From: an uncultured virus (IMG/VR IMGVR_UViG_2860823798_000002)
Taxonomy: Duplodnaviria; Heunggongvirae; Uroviricota; Caudoviricetes
Virus record (IMG/VR): IMGVR_UViG_2860823798_000002
DNA: 63,823 nt
Strand: one strand, 5' to 3'
A program made the translations under genes and the position numbers. Shown piece by piece: positions 30,889 through 42,458 of this stretch. The notes below the pieces were generated by a model. The model had not been told where the DNA came from. It made no database searches and worked only from the letters and a program-made list of their open reading frames with translations. Numbering within the stretch: position 1 is the first letter of the stretch; each line of letters begins with the position of its first letter.

Positions 30889-32403
30889 TTGCTACAAGAT
30901 AAGAAAGCAATTATTCAAGTGTTAGGCAGTATATTAAAGGAGCCCTCTCTTTTATCAGACAGCAACAAATATCAAATTACAGCAAACGATTTCCCTGAAC
31001 GCTTTCATTCAATTCTTTTTTTTGCGATGTATAACTTATTTCACCAGGGAACAGAAGTTATTAATGAAATTGAAATTGATGGCTATCTTAGAGATTTCGA
31101 TATACAATACAAAATTTTCAATGAAAACAACGGACATGATTATGTCGAGCAAATTCAAAAGTTAGCTGTAGTCGAAAACTTTGATTATTATTACACAAGG
31201 CTGAAAAAATTTAGCCTTTTGAGAGAGATGGTCGGCTTAGGCTTTAATATTGATGAAATATACGATGAGTCCATAATTGATCCCAAAGAACAAGAAGCCA
31301 TGAAAGAGAGATTCGACAAAACATCTATCGAAGATATTCTTTCCTTTTATGAAATGAAAATTGTTGATATTAAAGAGAAGTTTAGCACAAACCCTGAAAG
31401 CATTGGAATTCAAGGCGGAGAGGGAGTAGAGGAGCTACTCAAACGACTTGAAGATTCACCGGACATTGGAGTTCCTATGAACAGTGAGATGTTAACATCT
31501 ATTTTTCGCGGTTCTAGGAAAAAGAAATTTTATTTGAGGTCAAGCATGACTGGTGGAGGAAAAACCCGTAATATGGTGGCTGATGCTTGCAGGCTTAGCG
31601 CAACTGAATTATATGATTTAAAGCAGAACAAATGGGTTAAAAACGATTTTCAAGAAAAGTCGGTAGTTATTTCTACTGAAATGATTTCTGAAGAACTGCA
31701 AAGTTTAGCTTTGGCATATATCAGTGGAGTTGAAGAAAAAAAAATACTTAGAAACACCACTACAGAAGATGAAAAAACGCGTGTAAAAAAAGCTGCCAAG
31801 GTGTTGAAGGAGTCGCCTATTTGGTTTGAGCATTTACCAGATTTCAATATTAAAGAGATAGAGAGAACAATTGAAAAAAACGTAATCAGAAATGAAGTCG
31901 AATACGTTTATTTTGATTATATTCATTCCTCAGTAACGATTTTTGCTGAAATGAGTAAGAAAAGCGGGGTTAATTTAAGAGAAGATCAAATATTATTACT
32001 TATGTCGGATAAGCTTAAGGGACTTTGCAACAAGTACGACATCTATATGATGAGCGCAACACAGTTAAATGGTGATTGGAAAGATGCATGGCTAAGAGGG
32101 CTTCAAATTGATGCTACATATTTAAGAGGGAGTAAAGCGATTGCCGATAAAACTGATGCTGCAATGATTGTTTTGCCATTAAGTAAAAAAGAAAAAGATG
32201 CTATTGGCGCCATCTTAGAATCTGGCTTCTATCCGGAGCCTAACTTCGTTACTCATGTGTTTAAAAACAGAGGGAATGAACACGATAAAGTCAAAGTCTT
32301 TTCACATATTAATATGGGTACCATGAGAATAAAAGATTGCTTTGTCACAGATGTGGACAATAAATTAATCCAAATCGAGAAATTAATTATAAAAGCAGGG
32401 TAG
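30889..32403 (+). CDS. yorI: DnaB-like replicative helicase
   Basis: SMTGGGKT; ISTEM; FDYIH; ATQLN; KNR. Confidence 0.9.
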   Translation: MLQDKKAIIQVLGSILKEPSLLSDSNKYQITANDFPERFHSILFFAMYNLFHQGTEVINEIEIDGYLRDFDIQYKIFNENNGHDYVEQIQKLAVVENFDYYYTRLKKFSLLREMVGLGFNIDEIYDESIIDPKEQEAMKERFDKTSIEDILSFYEMKIVDIKEKFSTNPESIGIQGGEGVEELLKRLEDSPDIGVPMNSEMLTSIFRGSRKKKFYLRSSMTGGGKTRNMVADACRLSATELYDLKQNKWVKNDFQEKSVVISTEMISEELQSLALAYISGVEEKKILRNTTTEDEKTRVKKAAKVLKESPIWFEHLPDFNIKEIERTIEKNVIRNEVEYVYFDYIHSSVTIFAEMSKKSGVNLREDQILLLMSDKLKGLCNKYDIYMMSATQLNGDWKDAWLRGLQIDATYLRGSKAIADKTDAAMIVLPLSKKEKDAIGAILESGFYPEPNFVTHVFKNRGNEHDKVKVFSHINMGTMRIKDCFVTDVDNKLIQIEKLIIKAG

Positions 32404-32419
32404 TGGGGTGTAAAGCCCT

Positions 32420-33553
32420 TTGAGATATGACAAAGATAAATTAAAAGAAAGTTTATCAATTAAAGACATACATAAGATTTTGCAAGAACTTGGCAGTGAG
32501 ACATATAAAATAGATAACAGCGGAAATCCAATCTACAGAACAGTCTGCCACAATAAAACAAAGGGGAGTTTTAAGCTTTATTACTACCATGAAAAACAGC
32601 TGTTTCACTGTTATACAGAATGTGGGGACACTTTTGATATTTATGAGCTGGTAATCAGGGCTAAAAAGCAGCAAGGGATTTCTTTCACATTTATACAAGC
32701 GATTGAATTTGTGGTTAATGTGTCAGGCAAAACTTTTGGACTGGGCTTTACTTCTTCAACTAAAAATGAACATATTGTTGACGATTGGGATTGGATTTCC
32801 AAGTTCAAAAAACGAAAGAAAATTGAAACAAGGCTGCCAGCATACAGTGAAAATGTCTTGGATGTTTTTATGAAATATCTCCATGAGGCCTGGCTTAATG
32901 AAGGGATTAGCCATGAAACTATTACAGATTTCGAAATCGGGTACTATTTTCGAAATCGGGAGGAAGGAATTGTTATTCCTCATAGAGATATCGCTGGAAG
33001 GCTAATCGGCATAAGAAGACGCTCAATGATTCAAGAAGACATAGACAATGGACGAAAATATATGCCTTTAACCGTTGGGAATATGATGTACAATCATCAA
33101 ACAGTAATGAACCTGTATGGACTACATAAAACACAAAAAGCAATTAAACGCTTGAAAAAAGCAATGATTTTTGAATCGGAAAAATCAGTTTTAAAATGTC
33201 AGGATTTCTATGGGGATTTGAATTTTACCTGCGCTGTTTGTTCAAACAATATTTCAAACTTCCATAGAGACATTCTTCTTTCGTTAGATGTAGACGAAGT
33301 GTTTATTGCCTTAGATAAATTTAGGGGGATTAAGGAAGGAGAAAGCAACGATAAGTACAAAGAAAAGCTAAAAAACTATGAAGAAAAAATTTTGAAATTA
33401 GCAGCAAAATTTACGCCATTTATGCGTGTATATGTTCTCTGGGATACAAAAGGGTTACTTGATTATAAAGACAGCCCAGCCGACAAAGGGAAGGAAGTTC
33501 TTGAGGAGTTGATGAGTAATAAAATTGAAATTGGAACAAGAGAAGGTGAATAG
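32420..33553 (+). CDS. yorJ: DNA primase (Zn-finger + TOPRIM)
   Basis: CHN...CYTEC; FESEKS; IALD. Confidence 0.85.
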   Translation: MRYDKDKLKESLSIKDIHKILQELGSETYKIDNSGNPIYRTVCHNKTKGSFKLYYYHEKQLFHCYTECGDTFDIYELVIRAKKQQGISFTFIQAIEFVVNVSGKTFGLGFTSSTKNEHIVDDWDWISKFKKRKKIETRLPAYSENVLDVFMKYLHEAWLNEGISHETITDFEIGYYFRNREEGIVIPHRDIAGRLIGIRRRSMIQEDIDNGRKYMPLTVGNMMYNHQTVMNLYGLHKTQKAIKRLKKAMIFESEKSVLKCQDFYGDLNFTCAVCSNNISNFHRDILLSLDVDEVFIALDKFRGIKEGESNDKYKEKLKNYEEKILKLAAKFTPFMRVYVLWDTKGLLDYKDSPADKGKEVLEELMSNKIEIGTREGE

Positions 33554-33556
33554 TTT

Positions 33557-35278
33557 TTGAAATATAAATTAATTGGCAATAATGATTTTTGTTTTTCTCC
33601 TTTAAAAACCATACTTAAGAACAGAGGAATTGAAGATATTGAAGGTTTTTTAAGTTTATCTGAGGACGCAGTAAATCATTATTCTAACCTAATTAATATT
33701 GATGAAGCAGCAGAATGTTTAATAAAGCATCTCAGAAAAAAGGCTAGAATTTTTATTCAGGTAGACAGTGACGTTGATGGAGTTACTTCAAGCTCTATTA
33801 TTATTAACTATATAAAGAGAGTGTTCCCTGAGGCCAATATTGAATGGAGAATGCATGAAGGAAAGCAACACGGGATAATTTTAGAAACTATACCTGAAGG
33901 CGTGGATCTTGTCTTAATACCCGATGCAGGCTCTAATCAATTTGAAGAACATCTCGTCCTTAGGCAAAAAGGGATCGATGTAATAGTAATTGATCACCAC
34001 GAGTGTGATAAGGAGTCCAAAAATGCAATTGTGGTAAATAATCAGCTCTCACCGAAGTATAAAAATAAAGCTTTGACTGGTGCGGGTATGGCATATAAGC
34101 TCTGCCAAGCTTTAGATGATAAACTCGGAAAAAATGAAGCAAAACGATTTATAGATCTTGTGTCTGTCGGGAACATTGCGGATTCGGCAGATTCAAGGGA
34201 GCCAGAGACGCGATACTACATGAATCAAGGTCTCAAAAAGGTAAGAAATCCTTTGATTAAAGAGCTTTTCATAAAACAAGCGTACTCAACCAAAGGGAAA
34301 AAGAACATACAGAACACACAGTTCTATATCAACCCACTAATTAATGCAGCAATTCGTATAGGCTCCCAAGATGAGAAAGATCAGATGATGAGATCGCTGC
34401 TCGAATCTAATGAAGAGATATATTACAAAAAACGTGGAAAAGATGAGGGTGAACTGGTATCGATTCATTGGGATACAGCTAGAGTATTGGGGAATATTAA
34501 ACAGCGCCAAAAGAAAATGGTTGACAGTGCGGTATTGGAAATCGAGAAGCGGATTGAAGAAAAAGGACTGTTAAAAAATAAGATTTTAATAGTTTATATT
34601 GAAGGAATTTTAAACAAGAACTTAACAGGGCTTGTTGCGAATCAGTTAGCAGCTGAATACAAAAGACCAGTTTTATTGGCTAGGGAACTTGAAGATAGAA
34701 CTCTAGGAGGATCAGGAAGGGGATACGACAAAGGGGCAGTTAAAAATTTCAAGCAGCTCTTAGAGGAAACAGGTAAATTCGAGTTTGTCGAAGGACATGC
34801 TGAAGCATTTGGATTCAGCATAACACCAGAAAATTTAATTCAGGTCAATGATATTCTTAATCACAAATTGAAAGATATTGTGATTAATCAAAATGAGTAT
34901 GAGGTTGATTTTGAGATTGCTGCGGACAACCTCACTGAACGATTTATTAAGCTAATCAATAGTTACCAAGACTATTGGGGATACAAAGTAGAGGAACCGT
35001 TGCTCGCTATTACTGATATTGAAATAAACAAAGAAGATATCAGTCATATTGGGAAAAAAACAAAGAATACTGTAAAGTTCAAGGTTGGCGGAATTGAATA
35101 CATGAAATTTAAAAGTGATGAGGAATTCTATGAATCTCTCATCAATAGAGGAGATCGATTGGTACTTACTGTAATCGGAAGAGCTAAAGTAAATGAATAT
35201 AAGGGTAAAGAAACACCTCAGATCGAAATCGAAGAGATGGAGGTGGTGAAAGCAAAGAAAAAAGTGCTTGTTTTTTAA
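33557..35278 (+). CDS. yorK: RecJ-like DHH ssDNA exonuclease
   Basis: DSDVDG; IDHH; GSGR; GHAEAFG. Confidence 0.92.
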   Translation: MKYKLIGNNDFCFSPLKTILKNRGIEDIEGFLSLSEDAVNHYSNLINIDEAAECLIKHLRKKARIFIQVDSDVDGVTSSSIIINYIKRVFPEANIEWRMHEGKQHGIILETIPEGVDLVLIPDAGSNQFEEHLVLRQKGIDVIVIDHHECDKESKNAIVVNNQLSPKYKNKALTGAGMAYKLCQALDDKLGKNEAKRFIDLVSVGNIADSADSREPETRYYMNQGLKKVRNPLIKELFIKQAYSTKGKKNIQNTQFYINPLINAAIRIGSQDEKDQMMRSLLESNEEIYYKKRGKDEGELVSIHWDTARVLGNIKQRQKKMVDSAVLEIEKRIEEKGLLKNKILIVYIEGILNKNLTGLVANQLAAEYKRPVLLARELEDRTLGGSGRGYDKGAVKNFKQLLEETGKFEFVEGHAEAFGFSITPENLIQVNDILNHKLKDIVINQNEYEVDFEIAADNLTERFIKLINSYQDYWGYKVEEPLLAITDIEINKEDISHIGKKTKNTVKFKVGGIEYMKFKSDEEFYESLINRGDRLVLTVIGRAKVNEYKGKETPQIEIEEMEVVKAKKKVLVF

Positions 35279-35293
35279 ATGGGAGGGAATGCT

Positions 35294-38200
35294 GTGATTG
35301 GATGTCATTGTCATACGTGTAAAAGCAACATCAGGCTGCTGGATTCCACCAATTCAGTAAAAGGGTTGCTTGAAACAGCGTTAGAAATGAATTATAAAGG
35401 ACTAGCTATAACAGATCATGAAGTTCTGTCAGCGCATCTGGAAGCAATTCAGACTGTCCGAAGCATGAAAAAAGAGGGGGAAATGCCTCAAGATTTTAAG
35501 CTTATCCTTGGCAATGAAGCATATCTGGTTGATTCTTTAGAAGAAGTAAGAGACAACTACCAGCCTGGTAAAACAAAATTTCCCCACTTCTTAATGCTGG
35601 CTGTTGATGAAAAAGGACATGAACAGCTAAGGATTTTATCATCTAAAGCATGGGAAAATTCTTTCTACACTGGAACTATGGAAAGAGTACCTACAGTGAA
35701 AAAAGACGTGGAAGATCTTCTCAAGAAAGATCCTGGCCACATTATTGCAACCACGGCATGTCTAGGGTCGGAAGTGAATATTTACTTACAGAAGATCATG
35801 GAAGTTGAAAAGAACGATGGAGATCCTGAACTAATTAAAGAATACAAATTAAAAATACATCAGTTTATTACATGGTGTATTGATGTATTTGGAAAAGACA
35901 AATTTTTTATTGAGCTGCAACCTGCTTTGAGTGAGGAGCAGATTTATTGTAATAAAAAGTTGGTTCAGATAGCGGATGGCTATGGCTTAAAAAGAATAGT
36001 AGCCACTGATGCTCACTATTTAAGACCCGAAGACAGAGCAATACACCAAGCATTCTTGAATGCCAAAGACGGGGAAAGAGAAGTCGACTCATTTTATGAA
36101 GCTTGTTTTGTTCAAAATGTAGATGAGATCCATGAAAGAATGAATTATATCGATAAAGAGATTGTTGAAGAAGCAATTCAAAACACTCTTTTAATTGGTG
36201 AAATGATTGAAGATTATACGATTGAGCATGAGCCCATTATTCCTAAAATGGAACTGCCAAACTTCAAATTGAGGCATTTGTTTAAACCAGCCTACGATAA
36301 GTATGAATACATAAGAAAAATGTCAGAGTCAAAGGATGATCAAGACAGGTATTTATTAAAGCTTATTGAAGACGGGTTTGAAAATAAACTTCTAAAAAAC
36401 GATCTAACAAGAGATGAATTTCATAAAATTCTATCCAGAATTAATGTTGAATTGGGTGAGTTATGGGAGATCAGTCAAAAGCTAAATCAATCGATGGCAT
36501 CTTACTATGTAACTGTAAGGGAAATCATTAATATTATCTGGGATGATGAATGTGGGGGAGACAGTTTAGTTGGAGCCGCAAGAGGAAGTGCAGCAGGATT
36601 CTTAATCAATTACTTGCTTGATAATACACAGATTAATCCAATGCAATACGACTTGCCGCATTGGAGACATATTCATAAATCGAGGCCGGATCTTCCGGAT
36701 ATTGACATAGACACTGAAGGATCAAAAAGAGAAAAGATACTCAAAGCACTTCGCGAAAGATTTGGAGAAAAACGTGTTCTGCAGATAGCTACATTTGGGA
36801 CAGAAGGATCTAAATCGGCACTTCAAACTGCGTGTAGGGGATTGGGAATAGATAATGACATATCACAATTTCTAAGTGAAATGATTCCATTTGAAAGGGG
36901 ATCAAACTGGCCTCTCAAACACTGTTTTTATGGAGACGCGGAAACAGGTAGAAAGCCAATTAAAGAATTTATTAGGGAAGTTGAGCGCTATCCCAATCTT
37001 AAAGAAACTGCTTTAAAAATCGAAGGACTAACCAATAAACGCTCATCACATGCTGCTGGGGTAATTATTTTTAATGATAAGTATACAAAGTCTAATGCAA
37101 TGATGAAGACTCCTAATGGGGCATATATTACCCAATTCAATATGGGTGACAGTGAAGCAATGGGATCTGTAAAATTTGATCTTCTTACGATTGAAGCATT
37201 AGATAAGATCCGTGTAACTCTTGATCAATTGATCGAAAACGAAGAAATTCAATGGCAGGGCTCTTTAAAAGAGACGTATAACAAATACATTCATCCTGAT
37301 GTGCTTGAGTATGAAGACGCAAGGTTATGGGAAATGGCCGGGAATGGAGAAATAATGGATTTGTTTCAGTTTTCAACGGAGGTCGGCCATCAAGCAGTAA
37401 TAAAAGTTCAACCTAAAAATTTGCTTGAAGCTGCTGTTACAAATTCTTTAATGAGACTCATGTCAGATGGCGAAGAGCAACCCGTAGACACTTATGTGAA
37501 ATATAAAAACAATTTGTCACTGTGGTACGAGGAAATGCGTAAATACGGCCTAAGTGATGATGCAATAAAGGTAGTTGAGAAGCATTTAAAAGACATCTAT
37601 GGGGTTGCTGACACGCAAGAAGTTGTCATGCAAATGGTAATGGATAAAGAAATAGCAGGGTTCGATATTAAGGAATCAAACTATTTAAGAAAATCCATAG
37701 CTAAGAAAAAAGAGGACGTATTAAAAGAGGTTCAGAAATTATTCTTCAAAAAGGGGAAGGAAATTGGAGCGTCAGATAACCTTTTGAATTATGTATGGAA
37801 TGTTCAATTTAAAAGACAGTTTGGGTTAAATGATAGCCCGTATGTGGTGAACCTGTAAAAGCAGGGTGTGTCCTCTTCTAAGGATGCTAACGGTGGAACT
37901 CTAAGGGAGGAATCCTATGACAATACCGTGCCAAGCCTAGGTTACTAGGAAGGTGTAACGACTATCCCATTTGGGAGTAGTTAGTAGGTGAAATCCCTAC
38001 TTACGAAGCGCCACACATCTACGCTTAAGGAGGTGATAAAGATGGAAGAATGGAAAAGAATTTATATAAATGGGACAGAAACAGTTTATGAAATATCAAA
38101 CACTGGCAGATGCAGAAACATAACAAAAAAATCATGGAAAACAAAGGGGGTTTTAAGGCCGAGAGTAAACAATAAAAGTGGATATGTTCAATACTGTATT

Positions 38201-40235
38201 GTTCATCAAAGTAAGAAATATTATATGTATGCACATAGATTAGTTGCAACGTACTTCCTCGAAGAAAATAAGAATTTACAAGTTAATCATAAAGATGGTG
38301 ACAAACAAAATAATCACAAAAATAACTTAGAATGGGTAACAGGGAAAGAGAATATGCGTCATTGTTTTGACACTGGCTTATCTAATATTCCAAAGCCGAT
38401 AGTTCAATATACACTAACAGGACAAAAAATTGCTGAATATAAGTCAGAAAGCGAAGCAGCACGAGCACTTAACATTGATGTAAGAACAATTTGTAATGGA
38501 CTGATTAACAAAGAAGGAAGTCAGGCTTGTGGTTATCAATGGAGATATACAAATGACAAACGAAAAGTCAGCAATATCTCGAAGAGCGTAAAGTTTTACT
38601 CCAGAGGGGTAATACAATTAACAATAGAAGGAGACTTTGTAAACTATTTTAGTAGTATTACTGATGCTTATAAAGTATTGAATAAAACAGACAATGGTGC
38701 AATTTCTCAGGTGTGTAAAGGAAATAGAAATTCGTTTGCGGGTTATAAATGGGTTTATGAGCAAGACTACAAAAAAAGCGTAGATGAAGATATAGTCTAT
38801 TCCCCTACTTAAATATCGGGAAACCGAGGGTGTAAAAGATTCTTTTAGTTTACTTCATACTTTGGCATATTCAATCATTGCTCTACAGGAATTGAACTTA
38901 AACTATCGATATAACCCTTTATACTGGAATACAGCCTGTCTAACTGTGAACAGCGGAGGAGTCGAAAATGAAGAAGAATCTGATGACCTAGACAAAAAGA
39001 AGAAGACACAAAAAACAGATTACGGTAAAGTTGCTTCAGCAATAGGGAATATACGACGCCGGGGAATTAAAGTTGATTTACCTGATATCAACAAGGCCGG
39101 ATTTGGCTTTAAAGCTGATATTGAAAATAACTCAATTATTTTTGGCATGAAGGGGATGAACGGTATCGGCGACGAGGTTGTTCATCAAATTATCAGCAAT
39201 AGACCTTATACTGATTTTGAGGACTTTCTAGAGAGAATGTACTATAGCGGTATCATAAAGAAAGGACAGGTCATTCAATTAATAAAGGGAGGCTGCTTTG
39301 ATTCATTTGGAGAGAGAAAAGATTTAATGAAATCGTTTATTTCTTTAATCTCCGAACCTAAAAGTAAGCTAACCATGTCCAATTTGAAGATGCTTATTGA
39401 AAATGATTTAGTTCCAGGGGATTTTGCATTAGAAATACGGTTCTTTCGTTTCAAAGATTATATTAGCAAGAGAGTTTTTAAAAAGGTCGATTCACCAAAA
39501 GACAAATTATTGCTGCTTGATGATATAGCATCTACTTTCTATAATGAACACTTTGATGAAAGTGGCATAGTTGATGTACATAACGGTAATCTTGTGATAT
39601 CTGAAAAGGCATTTAAAAAGGAATACGACAGAAAAATGCTGAAATTGAAAAATTGGATTGGAACCCAAGAGCCTTTAAAAAAGCTAAATGATTGTCTATT
39701 TAGACAAGAATGGGAAAAGTACGCAAACGGCTCATATGGAAAATGGGAGATGGACTCACTTAGTTATTATTATCACGATCATGAGTTAAGCAATGTGAAT
39801 TTTTCAAAGTACAGCATCGTTGATTTTCATAAACTGCCCGATGAACCAGTAAAAGGTCGACCATACAAGTGGAGAGGAAAAGAGCTTTATGAATATGAAA
39901 CTCATAGAATTATAGGTACAGCTCTTGATCGAGATAAAAACAAACACACAATTACATTGTTAACACCAACAGGAGTTGTTACAGTCAAACAGTGGGCTGG
40001 GAGCTTCAGTCATTACAATAAACAAATTTCACGAAACATAAACGGAAAGAAAGAAGTTGTTGAAAAGTCCTGGTATACAAGAGGCACACTGTTAATGTTT
40101 ACTGGCTTTAGAAGAGGAAACAATTTTATCCCTAAGACATATAAGAATAGTGTCTATCAGCATACGGTGTGTAAAATCGAAGGTGTAGACGCGGAAGGAA
40201 ATTTAATCTTAACCTCAGAAAGAAAGCAATTATAA
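35294..40235 (+). CDS. dnaE: DNA polymerase III alpha (DnaE), exons 35294-37826 and 38839-40235
   Basis: PHP HCHT/TDH; RGSAAG; PDIDID; splicing restores QFG-Y-SFSLLHTLAY. Confidence 0.95.
37827..38838 (+). ncRNA. group I intron in dnaE (1012 nt) carrying an HNH gene
   Basis: 5' exon ends in U paired with G (GGGU/GCCC P1); intron ends in G; P7 halves GACTA (~37960) and TAGTC (~38793); reading frame restored. Confidence 0.93.
38042..38812 (+). CDS. intron-encoded NUMOD4-HNH homing endonuclease with NUMOD1-like repeats
   Basis: MEEWK...YEISNTGR; HRLVA; VNHKDGDKQNN...NLEWVT...N; two repeats ending GYQW/GYKW; SD AGGAGGTG. Confidence 0.92.
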   Translation: MEEWKRIYINGTETVYEISNTGRCRNITKKSWKTKGVLRPRVNNKSGYVQYCIVHQSKKYYMYAHRLVATYFLEENKNLQVNHKDGDKQNNHKNNLEWVTGKENMRHCFDTGLSNIPKPIVQYTLTGQKIAEYKSESEAARALNIDVRTICNGLINKEGSQACGYQWRYTNDKRKVSNISKSVKFYSRGVIQLTIEGDFVNYFSSITDAYKVLNKTDNGAISQVCKGNRNSFAGYKWVYEQDYKKSVDEDIVYSPT

Positions 40236-40242
40236 TACGGAT

Positions 40243-40962
40243 GTGATGGAAATTTTCAAAAAACTGATAGACTCAAACAAATTAAAAGTATATAATAAAT
40301 ACAAAGAGTTGCAGATCTATTCTGTAATCTTTCTATTGGGGGTGGGATCAACATTAGGCTATAAGATGATAGAGGAACACATCCAGCAGCAAAAGAAAGT
40401 TTCAATAAAAGAGCTATTTTATAAAAAGCCAGACTTCATTCGTGAAGTGAAGTTTGAAAGGCAGGTGCTGCCTCATTTAGAGACTCGCCAAGAGATTATT
40501 GAAAAGGCACAAGATAAGTATTTACATGTTAAAGTAGAAGAAGTTAAAAAAAATAAACCAAAAAGCAAATTAAAAGAAAATACAAAGAGGAAAATTTCTT
40601 TCAAACCCAAGCAAAAGACTCAAAAGAGGCCTCACGAACAAAATCAAGCCATTAAAATGGAGGCCACGGCTTATGTTCCATTTTGCGATACTGGCTGTAT
40701 AGGGACAACTAAAACAGGCTATGACGTGTCAAATACAATTTACTATAAAGGGAAAAGAGTGATTGCAGTTGATCCATCTGTAATTCCTCTGCACTCTTTA
40801 GTGAAGGTATCTTATAATAACGATTCGTTTGAGGCTTATGCTATAGATACAGGAGGTGATATTAAAGGGAATCGAATCGATCTTCTTGTTCAATCAGAAT
40901 CAATCGCAAGAGACTTTGGTCGAAGAAATGTTGATGTGAGTATCATTACAAAAGGGAGCTGA
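40243..40962 (+). CDS. yorM: 3D-domain cell-wall protein
   Basis: ATAY; IAVDPSVIPL; DTGGDIKGNRIDL. Confidence 0.85.
   Translation: MMEIFKKLIDSNKLKVYNKYKELQIYSVIFLLGVGSTLGYKMIEEHIQQQKKVSIKELFYKKPDFIREVKFERQVLPHLETRQEIIEKAQDKYLHVKVEEVKKNKPKSKLKENTKRKISFKPKQKTQKRPHEQNQAIKMEATAYVPFCDTGCIGTTKTGYDVSNTIYYKGKRVIAVDPSVIPLHSLVKVSYNNDSFEAYAIDTGGDIKGNRIDLLVQSESIARDFGRRNVDVSIITKGS
40268..40296 (+). promoter_or_regulatory. SPBRE-like promoter, copy 2 (inside the annotated yorM 5' end)
   Basis: TAGACT-caaac-AAATTAAAAGTA-TATAAT. Confidence 0.75.
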
Positions 40963-40966
40963 TTGA

Positions 40967-41182
40967 TTGCCAAAGTATTGGACTTACAATCTGAACGATG
41001 AAGTAGAGATTAATAGTAACGCAAAGTATGGGATGCCTTCATTTGTAGGACTTAAGGGCGTTATTATTGATAAAGTAAACAGCTGGCAATATGATTATGA
41101 TGTGCTTCATTACAACGGTGAGATTGGGAGATACAAAGAATCAGAATTGAATTTAATACATAAAGTGAGTGATACATATTGA
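40967..41182 (+). CDS. yorP: YorP-family SH3/KOW-like protein
   Basis: MPKYW...VEIN.NA.YG...YDY.V. Confidence 0.8.
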   Translation: MPKYWTYNLNDEVEINSNAKYGMPSFVGLKGVIIDKVNSWQYDYDVLHYNGEIGRYKESELNLIHKVSDTY

Positions 41183-41331
41183 GATTGAATCAAAAGGCTT
41201 TTGTAGATGAAATGGGGACAGGCATTGTTTCTTACATAGATTATGAGAATAAAATAGTGGGTATTGAGTTTGATGGTATCGGTTATGAAGAATATGATTT
41301 TGAAGATAAAGATCTTATCTTATTGCAGTAA
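41179..41331 (+). CDS. 50-aa small protein (not in track)
   Basis: MRLNQKAFVDEMGTGIV...; overlaps the yorP stop. Confidence 0.55.
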   Translation: MRLNQKAFVDEMGTGIVSYIDYENKIVGIEFDGIGYEEYDFEDKDLILLQ

Positions 41332-41350
41332 TTAAAAGGAGTTGATTGGG

Positions 41351-41512
41351 GTGTATAAAGTCGACGAGAAGGTTATTGTTAATCTCTCTGGTGAAACAGC
41401 AACTGTAAAAACAGTGGATGAACGATATCATCAAGTAGAAGTTCAATATGAAGATGGATCTTATGAAGTGTTGGGATGGCACAAAGTCAGAAGGAAGGTG
41501 GATGAATGCTGA
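41351..41512 (+). CDS. 53-aa KOW-like protein (YorQ-like, not in track)
   Basis: MYKVDEKVIVNLSGETATVK...; SD AAGGAG. Confidence 0.6.
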   Translation: MYKVDEKVIVNLSGETATVKTVDERYHQVEVQYEDGSYEVLGWHKVRRKVDEC

Positions 41513-42093
41513 TAATTTTAGAGGGAGCTAGGGGGACTGGAAAGTCTTCAGTCGCGTATAAGCTAAGGCAGCGGTTAAAGCACAGTACATTGATTAACCC
41601 AACAGGCTTTCACGAAGATGGTGATGAGGGACTTGCTAAGATATCAAATTATTACGAAGGAATATTCGACCTCTTATACAAATGGAAGGCGAGAGTGAGC
41701 GATTATACAACAATATTGGATCGTTTCTTCCCAACGGAGATGGTGTTTTCATCCCTATATAAGGAATATGATTTTCATCAAAAATTTAAGAGCCTTTGCC
41801 AACTGCTGCCCACACTGGATGATGATATTTATATTTTCTTTTTTACGGTATCTAATAAGGAAGTTTTAAAAGAAAGACTAAACAGAGATAAGATTCAGTT
41901 TGGACAAGTGGAAGAAAGTGTAGAGGAGTCATTAAAGCAACAAGATGCTTATTATAAATACATAAACAAATTAAAAGAATATATTGATTGGTTTAAAAAT
42001 GGAAGTATGAAGATCATCGAGATTGACACGGCTTATTTGTCTCAGGATGACGTTATTAACTTTGTAATTAGGCGCATAAAAAGGAGTGAATAA
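41506..42093 (+). CDS. dNMP/thymidylate kinase-like P-loop protein (YorR-like)
   Basis: IILEGARGTGKSS; LDRF. Confidence 0.8.
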   Translation: MLIILEGARGTGKSSVAYKLRQRLKHSTLINPTGFHEDGDEGLAKISNYYEGIFDLLYKWKARVSDYTTILDRFFPTEMVFSSLYKEYDFHQKFKSLCQLLPTLDDDIYIFFFTVSNKEVLKERLNRDKIQFGQVEESVEESLKQQDAYYKYINKLKEYIDWFKNGSMKIIEIDTAYLSQDDVINFVIRRIKRSE

Positions 42094-42102
42094 TCACTCC
42101 TT
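42081..42102. terminator. hairpin between convergent genes
   Basis: AAGGAGTGA-ataa-TCACTCCTT. Confidence 0.65.
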
Positions 42103-42113
42103 CTACCAAGAAT

Positions 42114-42458
42114 TTATCGAGGTTCTACAGTAATCTTATAAATCACATAGTTATCATTGATATCATAAGCATAAACCAATGCTGTACCGAGTGAAGAATG
42201 GGAAGACACAACACCACCAGGACTTATGCTGATAAGATTGCTGCCAGAAACTATTTCCCATCTTGTATAGCCATTTAACAACAAAACATTAGAATTCCTT
42301 AGCATATGAAAATCCACTGTTGCAATGGCATCGGCAGGTTTTACAACTTGTTTAATTTGTGCTGGTTCATGGGCAGATGCTTGATTTGTTAACGCTGGAA
42401 GAGCCAATGAAGAAATAGATAATGCTGAAACAATCAATCCTTTGTAAAACTTTTTCAT
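42114..42458 (-). CDS. small secreted protein (moron)
   Basis: Signal peptide ending QASA; beta-rich mature part. Confidence 0.75.
   Translation of the reverse strand: MKKFYKGLIVSALSISSLALPALTNQASAHEPAQIKQVVKPADAIATVDFHMLRNSNVLLLNGYTRWEIVSGSNLISISPGGVVSSHSSLGTALVYAYDINDNYVIYKITVEPR

Noticed and set aside
35279..40235. dnaE as two genes or a pseudogene
   Set aside because: Explained by a group I intron that restores the frame.
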